A stretch of DNA of 63,986 nucleotides, filler included, from Perkinsus olseni (taxonomy: Eukaryota): the NCBI GenBank assembly GCA_013115125.1. It is 4 parts of 4 records of this genome, joined end to end, with 100 filler letters (N's around TTAATTAATTAA, not from the genome) between each part and the next. Parts side by side here need not be neighbours in the genome. Positions count along the whole stretch, not along the records: positions 1 to 17,440 come from JABANN010000646.1; 3 more parts are not named here. One strand, written 5' to 3'. The stretch's first letter is position 1. Each line of letters begins with the position of its first letter. This document shows, piece after piece, positions 1 through 12,650 of the stretch. A program made the position numbers and the translations under genes. The notes under the pieces are model-generated. The model had not been told where the DNA came from. It did no database searches and was given only the letters and a program-made list of their open reading frames with translations.

Positions 1-1
1 G

Positions 2-69
<68 letters not shown>
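1..69. repeat. (GTT)n microsatellite at window start
   Basis: 23 perfect GTT units read directly. Confidence 0.98.
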
Positions 70-71
<2 letters not shown>

Positions 72-376
72 CGAAGTCCGAAGTCCTACCCGAACATTGG
101 ATAGCCAGACGGCTGTCTTCGATCGATTTGAGGTCGTGACGTCAGTCACTCATCTCCGGCCCTGGCGGCGCGGCGCCGGCACTGCAAAAGACAACTGTTG
201 GATCCTTGCCGGCTCTGATTCCCGTCTCTTGCTGTGGCCCTGAGGGACCCCCCTTACAACTCGTGTCGCGAGTTATTGTCGATGGAAAGCCGTCCTCACG
301 GATAGCTGTTACTTGGAACAACACTAAGCCGAATCGAGCCTCGTCTCTCGGAGCGTAGGCTCTTGTTCCCTTAACA

Positions 377-1171
377 ATGGTGGCCATTCGGTTCTTCCTC
401 TCCCTATCATTGGTCGTGCTCGCCGTCGATGCTCGCAGCCCGCTGTGGTATGGCAATTTTTCCTATCAGTCTCAATCACATGATGGACGTGGGCCAGTAA
501 CGATTACTTTCGACGCCACCAAGGACGGCAGAGGAATGTTCTCTATAGAATGTGAACGACGGTTCGAAGATGGTCGGTTCAAACTGCGTTGGCCTCGCAA
601 AGACCATACCACGCTGCACAGGTTCCGGAAGCGCAGACGCCAAGCCAGGCAATATCGTCGTTGGCGCCGCCGAGCAAAAGCTGTATGTCGCAAACTTCGT
701 ATCAAAAGGAACGATTTCCGCTTCTTCTTTGTTAACTACCTGAGCGATGTAGTGACTCATCTTGGCGGTAAACGTATCATTCTAAAACGGCAGTGGTCCC
801 GGTTGAACGAAGGGAACTACTATTCTGATGATTCGAACACGCTTTTCCGTATGCGATACAAAGTTCAGGCGGATGGACTCGTTAATGTGAGGTTACAGTG
901 CAAGGAGAGCGACGGGGATGCGGGCTATAAGCTATGCCATGTATCGGATACGTATCGCCTGGTGAAGGATGATGATGGCTATGAGCTGACCGACATTCCC
1001 GGTGGTGAAACGGTGGAAGATCTTCTCAGCAGGTTCAAGAAAGCACGCCCCGCCCATGCTAGCTTATTAGATCACATGGTGCAGTCGAAGAGAGTCAAGT
1101 TCGCCAATGCTGATGTGATGTACGCCATGGGAGACTACGTTCCCAACCGACTCTACAGGGCAGTGCCCTGA
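377..1171 (+). CDS. Intronless putative secreted protein (264 aa) with an Arg-rich segment
   Basis: ATG ORF with hydrophobic N-terminus MVAIRFFLSLSLVVLAVDA (signal-peptide-like). Apparent internal duplication (GNFSY...DGRGMFSIEC vs GNYYS...DGLVNVRLQC). No family recognised. Confidence 0.7.
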   Translation: MVAIRFFLSLSLVVLAVDARSPLWYGNFSYQSQSHDGRGPVTITFDATKDGRGMFSIECERRFEDGRFKLRWPRKDHTTLHRFRKRRRQARQYRRWRRRAKAVCRKLRIKRNDFRFFFVNYLSDVVTHLGGKRIILKRQWSRLNEGNYYSDDSNTLFRMRYKVQADGLVNVRLQCKESDGDAGYKLCHVSDTYRLVKDDDGYELTDIPGGETVEDLLSRFKKARPAHASLLDHMVQSKRVKFANADVMYAMGDYVPNRLYRAVP

Positions 1172-2861
1172 TCGTGTTTGCTCTTAATAACACGAACGTT
1201 GTCGCTGAGAGAGTTCTCCTGGAAATCCGCCTGCGTCGGAAGCAGGCCAAGATTTTTTGTAATGGTTTCGCATGTTTTCCATCACCTCTGTCATTCTTGC
1301 CGTTTTTCTACGAGTATGCACGTAGCACGGCCTCAATCCTGTAAGATGGCGTTCTTCTGATTCGGTTCTTCACTCACCTTCCTGTGACGCGTTGCGTTAG
1401 TGGTGTTGTCGATCATCTCATCCAATCCTCCACAGTCAGAGACCAGTCAGATACCTGGCGCAGACAAATTAGTAATTTGCTCAGTCCAGTATGTGAGCCG
1501 ACGGCTGCGAAATCTGTGCGTTTAAAAGTTTCAAGCAGCTTGATCGGAAGATTTGTCGCTTGCTAACAGTAAGCAGCTAACTAAAGGAGAAAATCAGCTG
1601 ATTCGGGAACTTTCCGAACTCTGCCAATGGTGCTTGTGGTGGCGCATCGTTGCGAGAATTATGCAATAGTGTCGTTGCGCTCATTCCCTCGACTGTGTAG
1701 GCGGATCCTGCCAGTTTGAATGAACTCTCTGAGGGCCGCCTTGATAAAGCGTCAGATGAACAGACTATGATATGTATCACTTTTCATCAATACCGCTACC
1801 GCTATGCGCGATGCGCCAGTGTGGTTGGAACCTTGCTGTCAATGGCTCCGTGGAGATGCGCTATTCGGATCACGCGGTGACATCATTCTAAAATTCCACA
1901 ATCTGAATTGTCAAGCTTCGACGAGAATGGCCTCTCTCCGACCTTCAGGACTCGACAAGCCTGAACTAATATCCCGGTCTCATACAACGATAGTCGTCTG
2001 GAGTCTGTGTGCGGCCCCAAGCCGATCTGGAATCCACAGCTTATGTGACGCCACTACAAGACTCGCCGCGACAGCTAAGTATCCGGAGCTTCGCGAGCGT
2101 GTACTCATGACCAGATCTCTACGCTCCTTCCCGCATTGACTAAGGGCAATAAGCACCCGGCCATACAGAAAGGCGAGCCTATCAAGACAGGCGAGACGCA
2201 GCTCGACAGATCGTCCAGAAGGCTCCTAGGCGGCACTTAACTCGAGTCGGACGAGGCAGTCAACAAGAGTTGGCAACATGCTTCAACATGGTGGTGATGA
2301 CAGACGAGATCTTCGTCATGATGTTCACACTAGTACGAGGTCAAATCCGAGAAAGAGCGTAATGCAATTTACGCATCCCCGCAGCCTTCAGACCTGCGGC
2401 GAAGGAACTGGACCACATAGAAGCAGCAGTGCGGGACTCACCTTCGCTTGGCAATGAGCCACTATCGTTCTCCTCGGATATCGACGATGGTGTCGAGCCG
2501 TTAGACGGCGTGACTAGAACGGCAGAAGGACCATCTGCTGCAGGTCGTTGGTAGGCTAGTTGGCGTGCAGCATCGGGTAACTCATCAAGAGCTTTGACTC
2601 GCCACCCTGAGGAGAAGCCTTGACGGGGCCCGTTGGCCCGGAAGGAAGATTCTCACGCCGAGCCTGAATAGCATCTAAGCTTAACCGCGAGAAGAGGTCG
2701 GGCTCTCACAATACAAAGTTGTTGTGAGACTGCTTTGGACACCAGGGATGATCGTCGGTCGCTCATTTCACACGCCGATGTTCTCTAGAACCACAATTGC
2801 ACCACATTTGTAATTGCAAGTCCAATTTGTGCAACTACACTTCAACTCCTATCAATACCCC

Positions 2862-5800
2862 TCACCAGCAGCTACGGCCGCCGTACCATTGTACCCTCAT
2901 CTCACCTCCAGGATCCGCACTGTTAGTCACTGATGAAGCAGATGGCTTGCCCGAGGCCGTTGGTTGGTCGGAGGGACCCTCTCCGTCGCCAACCATCACG
3001 CTCTCATTACGATGAGATCTCATCGTGTCGTTGATGTGGAAGCCGCCCTCCATCGTGTGACCAGCATGATTCTGCGTGTAGGTGCCGCCGTGGATGTTGA
3101 GGTTGGCTAGCTGCTGAGCCTTCGACTTCGAAGTGAGGTCTCGATGCCCGTCGACGAGCTTCACTTCACGAACTCGCCAACCTGAGAGCGCATTTCCCAC
3201 AGAGCCATCGAAGTCCATCTTACCTCCGGAAGCCGTATTCCCAGCGCGATGTGAAGAGGACTCAGCTCGCTGGGAGTGTGTCGAGTTAAGGAACGATCCT
3301 CCTTCCTCCACACTGCCCGCCCTGTGCTGTGTCGTCGTACCACCTCCCAGTTGGACGTTCTGCTGCCTCGGAGCAGTCGCTACAACAGTACCATCATCTC
3401 CGGCAAAGTCAAGAGTGCCGGTCGTCTTATCTGAGGCCCACAGCTCGATCTGCTAGGACCACGCAAAACTTCAATTCTAAGCTCACCCTCCTCCGCCTCG
3501 ACGATCCCGGCATGCTCGCTGAACTGGAGCGGTGCCGAGGGCCGATCTACGTCTGCTTCTACCACCTCCCCCTCCTCTTCCTCAGTGGCCACATCCGTGG
3601 ATTCTGCAACGCGCAAGTGATCGCCGAAGCAAGCCAGGGAAGGGACGTACCGTGTGGTCTGACGCTTCCAACGTCCTCCTCGAAGGTCGTGTCTGAGTCG
3701 CACAGTCTGCCAGCCCATCTCGTCCGAGAGCCAACCTCACCAGGCACCTCCTCCTCTGGTTGATGGAATCGTGTCGATTCAGTCTTATTAGTGGTGCGAT
3801 GGTCCCGAATCTCATGGCCGCCCTCCTCGACTCTATGTCCGCCTGAAGTCAGCATCAACTACCCTGTACAAACCCTTCGCTGCCCACCTTCCGCCACGTA
3901 AGTACCGCCACCCAGTCTGACCCCTTCACCTGACACCAACACTGCAAGACACGTCGGACGACAGAATCGATAACCCTACCTTCAGGCTCTACCTCTCCGT
4001 CGTCCTCCCCGAACTTAACGCGGGGTCCGCTGGTCTCGGGAACTACAATGATGGCACTGCTTCCGTTGCAGAGGCCCTAAGGATTTTGATATCACCTCCA
4101 GCTTCCTCAACTTCGCCATCAGACTCTCCGAACAGCACGCCCGCCGCCGTAGTGGTGCTTGGAGCGATGGTCGTGGTGGGCGACGGTGCAGCAGTGGTGC
4201 TGCTGATCGCCACGTTCGATCTCGACTCGGCGATGCTCTCAGCCTCGCCCTCCTCCATGCCGAAGCGTAGTGGTGCCGCGGTTCCTTCGGGAGCTAAAGT
4301 CGCGACATCCTCAAGAGAACCGCTCGTCCGCCAACTCACGTGAGGTCGTAACAGCACCGGACGCTTCTCCGAAGTGGACACCAACTGGAGCTCCCGTTGT
4401 CGTCGCTAAGGGAAAGGTGGATCCAGAAGCGCATCCAAGGTCGAAGCCTGACTCACTAGGAGCTGCAGTGGTAGTCGTCGATGCAGGAGGAGCGGTGGTA
4501 GTCGGGGCAGCGGTACTGCCGATTGCGTTGTTCGATTTCGACTCGACAAAGTGCTGAGCTTCACCCTCCTCCATGCCAAAGGTGAGACGTCCTTCGCTCT
4601 CTTCAGGTGCTGAACGAACGGCGATTCGACGAAAAGTTGATATGAGACTCCGACACGGAGACTCACGTGAGTTTGTGATAACACCAGCGGACTCTCCGAA
4701 GTCGATGCCTGCAGGGGTTGTGGGAGCCGCTGAAATACGACCGAGTGCCCAGAGGGCTACGACAGAGTCGAGAGGACACTTACGGGAGGTCGTAGGAATC
4801 GGCGCTTGACTGCTCTCCTTCTCTTCCGCGACTAAGAAGTGAATACTGGTCCACAGGAGTCCATCCCCTTCACCCAGCAGCGAACTGCCCTCAATGAACC
4901 ACCAATTGGGTACAACTAGACCAACCCCCAGCCGCTACGCGGCCTTCGAGATCGGCACACCTATCAGCTGCTTGAGAAGAAGGTGCCGCCGCTATACGGG
5001 CTTTACTGCGGTGTATAATATGGCCGGGGGCCCACTTCCACAGGGAATTCTCAGCTATCGACCCCTCGCCGAGGATACGGCCCATCCAATCGAGCAGCCC
5101 CCTTCTCACCCTCCTCTCCTTCATGCTTGTCGAATGTCAAAGACGGACTGCTGGAGGCTGGCGTGGTTGGTGGAGGAGTCGTAGCTGAAGACGGAAGAGC
5201 TCATCGCCACCGAAGAGAGACGAAGGCCCACTCGAAGTGACGGTTTTTGTTGTAGTGGTAGTGGTGGTGGTCTCCCGTCGTTTGATAGTCTCGCCGCTGT
5301 CCGCCACCTCACTGTCGCCACTCAAGCTGTCAGACTGGCCTAAAGAATGACGAGTAATTCTCCTCATGCATGACACAACAGAAGACCTCCTCCCTTGCCA
5401 CTGCCCCCTCCTCCCTCAACCTCCACTTTGGAGTCCTCTGAAGACGAGGGCCGGGTGAAATGATGGGAGCATCCTTCAAAAAGTACACACCTTTCCTAGC
5501 AGCCTCGCCGTCCTCTTCCCCAAACAACACCCGGACTGGTCCCTCGGGGGCCTCTGAGATCACCAGCCCATTCCCCAACGTACAGAGCTGGCCGCCCTCA
5601 CCTTCGACCTCCCCGTCCGACTCGCCAAAGGTGACTCCCAGCGTTGTGGTACGCGGGGATTCGGTGGTCGATCCAGGCGCAGTCGTAGTAGTAGTGGTGG
5701 TGGAAGCTGTCAAAGAGCCCTCCCAGACGCAGTCCGATTCCTCTCTCCCTACTTGTGTTCTTTACGGCGGTAGTGGTGGTGGTCGGGGGCGGCGTCGCAA

Positions 5801-7690
5801 CTTCATTCGACTGCTGCTGCTGGGTATCGACAGCCTCTCCCTCCTCCACGCCAAAGCTCAGGCGGGATCCTTCCTCTGAGGACAACGCCGTCAGGAACAG
5901 CTTGCGATCGGGTCGGCTCACCCCTAGGCTCCACGTGCCCGTCATCCTCGCCGAAGACGAGGCCGGCTGTGGTCGTAGCGGGGCTTGGACGTTCTAACCG
6001 CAATTTCGTGGCGCAGTGAAGCTTTTCGGGCAACCTACGCGTTGTCGTGGTTGTTGATGGCATTGTAGTGGTCGTTGGCCGGGTGGTGATGGTGACTTCC
6101 TCGGGCAGCTTCCCCGTGGTTGCTGAGGGACCAACGCCTGACAGCGGCCTACGCTGCACCGACGCCCTACCTTCGAAGATGTCCTCATCCTCCTTCTCCT
6201 CGACGATCCCTTCTTCCTCAGAGAAGTTCGGGTTCACTGCGTTGCTATTGCGACTAATGGGGACCTCTTCGATATCCTCGTCGCCCTCCTCCTCTGTCCA
6301 GACGCGACTTCAATGCTACTCCCTTCAGAGAAATACCAACCCACCTGGCAAGCCGTGATCCTGCTTGTCCTCCCCTACGGTTTTCTTCTCCTGAAATCAT
6401 GGGAATAATGGAAAGAATTAACGACACAGAGGGGCCTACGAAAATGAAGACGAGGAAGCATCTCATCGCCCTCCGATCCTTGAAGCGGAACTCGACGATA
6501 TTGCCGTCCTTGAGGATGGCCGTGAGGAGAAGGTCGGAGGGGGCCGGGCCAAAGTATAGGGTGCTTAGGATGATGTCCAGCTTGTAGGGGGCGTCCGCAT
6601 GCTCGTCACTGATGGGGATAGGGGCACCCGAACGGCTGTCATACACTCGAATGCTCTGGGGGTCGCCTGCGGACGGGGAGTTCCACGACCAGCTCAGACG
6701 GAGCCCATCCTACTGTGACAGGCGGGTTTGTTGACGCCGGTGGTGGAGTTGTCGGGGACCACCACTGGCTGTAACGTCTCTTGACTTGAGTCTGGGGGAA
6801 GGATGAGCTGGTCTCGTAGGGCAGGGGACTTTCAGACTCACTCAATCGCTCTTCAACATCGCCCTCTTCCTCCTCGAAGTTGACGCCACTCGGGGCAGTG
6901 GTCGTAGTGGTAGGAGCAGCAGCTAAACGATGAAGCATCTCTGCAGGTTGCGAGGCGTCAGAACTTACTAGTCGTAGTTGAGGCCGCCTCCTGCTGGCCG
7001 GACTGGTGCTCGCTCTTACCTGAGGAGAGCGGTGGTGTCCAAGGCGGCCCGAGCCCTTACTTGATGTCTCTTCCTTGACGCCATCCTCGCTGCCAAAACT
7101 AAGTACGGCGCTGCCTCTCCTCGGGGCTCTGGTCGGCGGCTTGAGGGTAGTGGATATCGGGACTGGAAGAACACAGCAATCGACAGTGTCCCGACGGCAG
7201 TGCCAACCGACTTGGAGTGGTCACATCGCCGCCCTCCTCCTCGAAGAGCAACCCTGGCGTGGTGGTCACCGCCACTGAGAGTGAGAAGCTCAGCAGCCAC
7301 CGTTGGCGAGCCGATCGCTTACCTGTTTGCTGCTGCTGTCGGCCTGTCCCTTGGCCGTGGTAGTGCACACTCGAGGAGCCTGGCAAGAGGAGCAATTTCG
7401 TGGCGCAGTGACGATAGACGAGTTCCTGATCTCACTGGTGCGTTCGATCTCGCCAGACTCTCTGCCGAAGCTAAGACTTCCTCGTCTTGCATAGGTCACT
7501 GATGCCACTAAAGATACTTTTACGATTGCTCGAAGGCAGCACGGTGTTGAGACCATGGCTGTCAACGGAATGAAGGGGCCTGTGGGGATCCAACTATTAC
7601 GTCCATTGACCAACGGAACAACACTCGGCGGGAGGAAAGGATGATACTGTCGTTCCGATACCACACCAAAGGCAAATCTCGGTGAGCATC
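2862..7690 (-). CDS. Large multi-exon Thr/Pro-rich (mucin-like) repeat protein; possibly more than one gene
   Basis: Successive minus-strand ORF segments with TTTT/AP runs, each followed by a motif such as GVLFGESDGEVE, LRFGMEEGEA, GLVFGEDDGHVE or GVNFEEEEGDVE. Segments are separated by short GT-AG introns (e.g. ~5994-6038, ~7380-7435). Ends approximate. Confidence 0.65.
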
Positions 7691-7789
7691 TTCGGTGAAT
7701 TCTCGACAGAAAGTGACGGCAGAACAGGTTGGGGAGATTCCGCGACAGCTCTGAGGACAGACTCCGGCGTGAAGGGGGCCCGGGCTGCT

Positions 7790-9812
7790 ATGCGCTAAAT
7801 CAAACCAACTATGTTTGCCCGTAGTGCCTTGCTAACGTGAGGGGAGCCCTTCCGACCGGAACGCTCGAACGGTCGCAACGGAAACTGTCGGGGCGCAAGG
7901 TCGGCAAAGCATGATGGCATTTCGGCTGGGAGAGGGAGATGAGGGTTGTGCTGGGCTATGAGTGTAGACTGCGATGTAGGGTGCAGCGAGAGAGTGTACG
8001 TCAACTGGACACAAGAGGTTCTCGGGAAAGTGCGCCGAAGGCTGGCGTTGAGGAATAGTAAGGTGAGCCGAGAGCGCAAGTCTCGTGTAAGAATGGTTAG
8101 AGATGCTCGTGTCGAAATCGACTTACCACGGGATTCCGGACAGTTCCTGAGAGTCGGCATCGACAGTACGACAGTCTCCGGAGTAGCGGCACAGTACGAC
8201 GCATCAGCAGCTTCAGCGCTCTTTATTGATCGCTCATCGCTTTGGCGATAGTCGGTACTCAGCGCTGATTGCCCCTGAATGACGGTGCTCACTACAGTAC
8301 AGCGTGACACCTTCGTGAAGTTCAAAGAGCTGTACCCCACTCGGGGCCTGCCGCTGGCAAAGCGGCTTTACCCTAAGGAGTTCGCAGAGGTCACCAGCCA
8401 CGACTGGAGCCGCCTTGTGCATGAACTTGGGTACAGTCGGAGCGGCGACAAGAGGGTTAAGACCTCAGCGGTGGGTTACCGCTGCCATCACGATGCCAGC
8501 TAGTGACCTTCTTCAGGCGCCAAGACGCGGTAGTCGAGTAGTGCTGACTGGTGACACCACTCCGACCAGTGCCGATGACCATCGTCGCCGGAGCTCGGCA
8601 AGTAAATCCAGTGGCAGAGTAGAGAATGGCGAGGTAACCTTCCCAGGTGAACCTGCCTCGCTGCCGGATGGTGTCCGTGACGGTCAAGCTCCGACCAAAG
8701 ATCCCACCGAGGGCTCCGACAGCCCCTCCAATTCCCAACGTAGGGCTGGTTCGAAGACACGACCAACTCGATAGGCCGAGGAATGCTCGTTTTTCTCTTC
8801 ACTGCAGCAACACCCTATATGAAGTTCCTAGCCGTCCGGCATCGCGAGCTCAAGGAGCAAGGAGCACTCAAGCTCATCACACCGCGGGACATCACCGCCA
8901 CCATCCTATGCGAGTGGGAAGCCATGACGGAGTAGGGTGCTGCGGTAGAGCCTTCGAGGAGAATCGTCCTCGTTCAGAGACCAGCGGATAGCCTACGGGG
9001 CCTCTGCGCCTGTCCAGGTGAAGACGGAGGCCCCTAGTGGTGATGCTGTTGCCAAGGACGACGAATGCGCAGAAGCGGAGGTTGTGTTTGTCGAGGGAGG
9101 CCCTCCTCCAGGTGGCGGCATCCCCGTCGACTCCACAAGAGATTGTATCATTCGTGCGGAGCTGTGCTCCGATGAAGAATAACCTGCGAATGCACATCAC
9201 TAACCTTGCGTGAAGTTTCAACACCTCACGGGTCGCTCTGAGAATTGGTGAAGATGCGGTACGGCACTTAATCAGGAGAGTTCCTTCACTTTCATCGCCG
9301 CCTTCACGTAGTAGGTGGATCCCTCGCGTGGCCTTGCCCATGACCAGTTTATGCTACCACTCCATTGCCAATTTATATTCAAATCCGTATACCTGGTCGG
9401 TGGAGGCATAGTTGTTGCTTGCCTCTTTTTGACAATGTCGATGGCAGCACCCTCCCTGGACCACCTGGCACGACTTGACATTGCCCGTCTCGTGTCACCA
9501 TCGGTCACCATAAAGTCCACGAAGGCCCCCTTCCCTGACGGCCGCGAGAGGGCCACTGTACGCTTGCTTGCCACTGCTGGTAGGGCCACTGCACTCAGCG
9601 CTCCCTTTATCTGCTTGACAGGTCGGAGTCTGTCCCATAGAGTGCTGGAGCGAGAACTCAGCCTCCAGCGAGAGCCTTACCCCTCGATAGCTAAATTCCG
9701 GTACATCCACCGCACCCTCAGTCACATGAGTGTAGGCCGTCCGATCCCCGCTGCGGTCTTGTCTGCATCACAGTCGACTGTGTGTTGGACCATCGACTCC
9801 TCAGTAGTCTAG
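7790..9812 (+). CDS. Hypothetical multi-exon protein
   Basis: Chain of protein-like + strand ORF pieces (VYVNWTQEVLGKVRRRL, VQRDTFVKFKELYPTRGLPLAKRLYPKEF, IARLVSPSVTIKSTKAPF) separated by short GT-AG intron-like gaps. No family recognised. Confidence 0.35.
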
Positions 9813-10295
9813 AACCCAAGCAAACATGGCGAGGGCGGATTTAAAAAGCACTGTTGGCGTATTAGTGTCGATCAGAGCGATGCCGTGAGCGTTGGTGGAG
9901 AAGCGTATACCATCTCTTAGAGTATCATACTTGAATTTCAGTTCGCTCTTGTTCACGCATTGTGAGTCGCGCACCTCTTACGCTAATAATTTGTGGACGG
10001 GTTCCTAATTATTAACATGCCCTTGTGTCTTGTCGAGACCTTCAAAGTCTGAAATTACCATCTCAAACTACCCTGATATAGCTGGTTCGATGGCAGCCTC
10101 CATGGTGTCAGGTCAGCCGGTTCGTAACGAAGGTGATGAGTATCGGGGCTGCCTTGAAGGGAACCAGCTGCAGGAGGAAAGCTGTAAGTGCTGCTCACTG
10201 AGGACGGAGCTCCTATTCGTCGAGCCCAAATTGAATGGCCATCATGTCCCACTCAGCTAGGTGACGTTCTTCGCCTTCGTGGGTTGGGCGGCGCC

Positions 10296-12565
10296 ATGCC
10301 TGATGCAGGGCTATCATCACCACGCCTGGCTGCTCAGCCTCCTACAACGTAACCATCTCTAACAGCCTCGGAGAATTCCGACTGTGGGGGTAGGTGTGAC
10401 CGAGGAGAGTACTAGCGTGAATCCAACGCTAGTCGAAGAGCTAGCTGCTGAGTTTGAGGTGGACTTGGAGGAGGACTCCGAGCTCAAGGATGTCCTTTAT
10501 GAATGTCTAAGATATGACGGAGAGGAGGGCAGGGCGGCTGAGGCAAGGCGGAACGTGGAGGCTTCCAGAACGTCTCAATCATATTGAGCTAACATTGAGA
10601 CTTGTTCTCTCTGATATTCATAAGTACACGCGTGCTACTAGCATTGACAGAATCACAAGATTCCAAGTTTCGGGAACGAGTTAGTGCACTAGAGTGGAAT
10701 GGATCGGATAGGAGATAAGGCGATAAGCGTAGAGAGTACAAGAGCCAAGGGGCGACAGCTTTGGAGCTATTCTAAGGAATTGCGTGACGGGAGGAGGGCG
10801 AATTATGGTATAGAAATTGGATTAATGGACGACTACGAAGGGAACGGGAGCGACGAATATTATTAAGTCGAATGCCTTCGATCGCTTAGGGCGAAGGGCT
10901 GAGGATACTGACAGACGGCTACACGGACCTTCTGCAGAGACTGGACCCGCAGGAGAGTCTCGTGGTTGCCCAGGACCCTGAGTGCCAACCCTCTGCTGCT
11001 GTCGTGTCGCTTCGTCACTCTGAGGCTCCTCAGTTCGGTCCTTCCCACGGCCTGGATCGATCTCTACGCCGAGGCTTACCTCAAGTTGGAACCTCTGGTC
11101 AGGGCAGGGCGTTATCCCTGCTCGCCTCGTGGGGCCTTCCTCAGGGCCATCGCCGCCATCGCTCCGTCGAGGCCAGGTACAGCCGATCTGTCCTCAGCTA
11201 TGCCGGCTGCAGGCTTGAACGTGTTCAGATATTATCGTCACCCGCATACGTCGGGTACATCTGCTGCACTCACTGGCCACACTGGAGGTACGCAGACTCG
11301 ACACCCGTATTGAGGGCATTGATGAACCGACTGGCGAGGACAGCGTTGAAGCTCCGTCGGCGGTCGCCCTCGAAGACAACCCAGACCCGTCCGCCTCCTC
11401 GCCGCGGAGTGCGGTCGAGGAAGTCCACTCGTCCACAAGTCTCACTCGCCCTACTTCGGTCTCTTCCCTCTTGTCATCCTCCAGCTCGGAGTCGGTCGGT
11501 GACCTGCCTGAGGAGGCACCGAGCGTGGCGGAGGTCAGCTCGCTGAACTACTCCGCGACAGAACACGGGTCGCCTCGACTGAAATGGCGCGGCCCGGTGG
11601 AAGATACGCGGTTGGATGTTGAACCTGCTGGGGATGTTGAACGATGCCATCGAGGAGGCTCGGACGAAGGGAGACGACGTAACAAGACTCGAGGGCAGTT
11701 TCGGCCCCGAGTCCTTGTCCCGCCGGTGCGCCCTTACCCGGTGAGTGAAGAGGAAGCAAAGTGCGACGGCGGCCTGCACGCGATGCCCCCAATGGAAGCT
11801 CCTCCGTCGGGGACTTCCGGCGATGAACCGGTGGAGTCTCCCATTGTGAGAGATTCGGACGAAATTGTAGACAACGAGCTCCGCTCCGCCCTACCAAGTA
11901 CCACTGGATCATGCCACCCGCCAGTGGAGCCCAGCTCGATCGTCGAAGATAGTGCCCGTAGCAGCAGGGGTCGCAGACGCCTCGTGAACGGCATCAACAT
12001 GCGCTTCGGATTCTCGTCGGTGAGGGAGCTCGAGGATGCCCTCGTGGCCAAGCGGAAGTCACTCGGGTTAGATGATAGCGATGCTGGGCGTCGCATTGAA
12101 GCCAAGGTGGCCGAATCCAGATCAAAGGTCGACCCTGGTCGAACACAGTTTATGTCGGAGCTGCGGGCGAAGGTCGCCCAGATGCAGCAGCGGATGGACG
12201 CCTTGAGGTCCTCGCCCGCAGGGGTATCGAAGGTCGATCCTGGCACGAGCAGCCTCGAGGATACCGTTGCGAGGTCGTTGGTATGGGATGGTATGGATCC
12301 GGTCGAGGCACGGATGTTGGCCCGCAAGGTTGACAAGGCCAGGGTCAGTCGGGTCCTCGAACGCCTGGCAACCCATTCGAGTACCCTTACCGGAGCGAAG
12401 GGAGAGGTCCAGAAGTTGCAGAAGCTTGCCTCCCGACGTAGGGCAGCTAGCTCTGTTCAGGAGCAGGATAGGATCAGCGATATGAACATTACACGGTGTT
12501 TTCCTCCTCAGGTGAACTGCAAGGGAGAACCGATACCGTCGTTGGCAGGGGGCAAAACTAATTAG
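10296..12565 (+). CDS. Hypothetical multi-exon protein with low-complexity and coiled-coil-like C-terminal exon
   Basis: 364-codon open frame 11471-12565 (FMSELRAKVAQMQQRMDALR) preceded by exon-like pieces (LVEELAAEFEVDLEEDSELKDVLYECL; DGYTDLLQRLDPQESL). Boundaries uncertain. Confidence 0.45.
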
Positions 12566-12650
12566 CAAGCATACTCGGCAACTGTCTCTCCCTCCGCCGG
12601 GCTGCTGCGTTGTAGTTCCTGAGAGGGGGTGACCCTCTCCCTAGTCCCTG

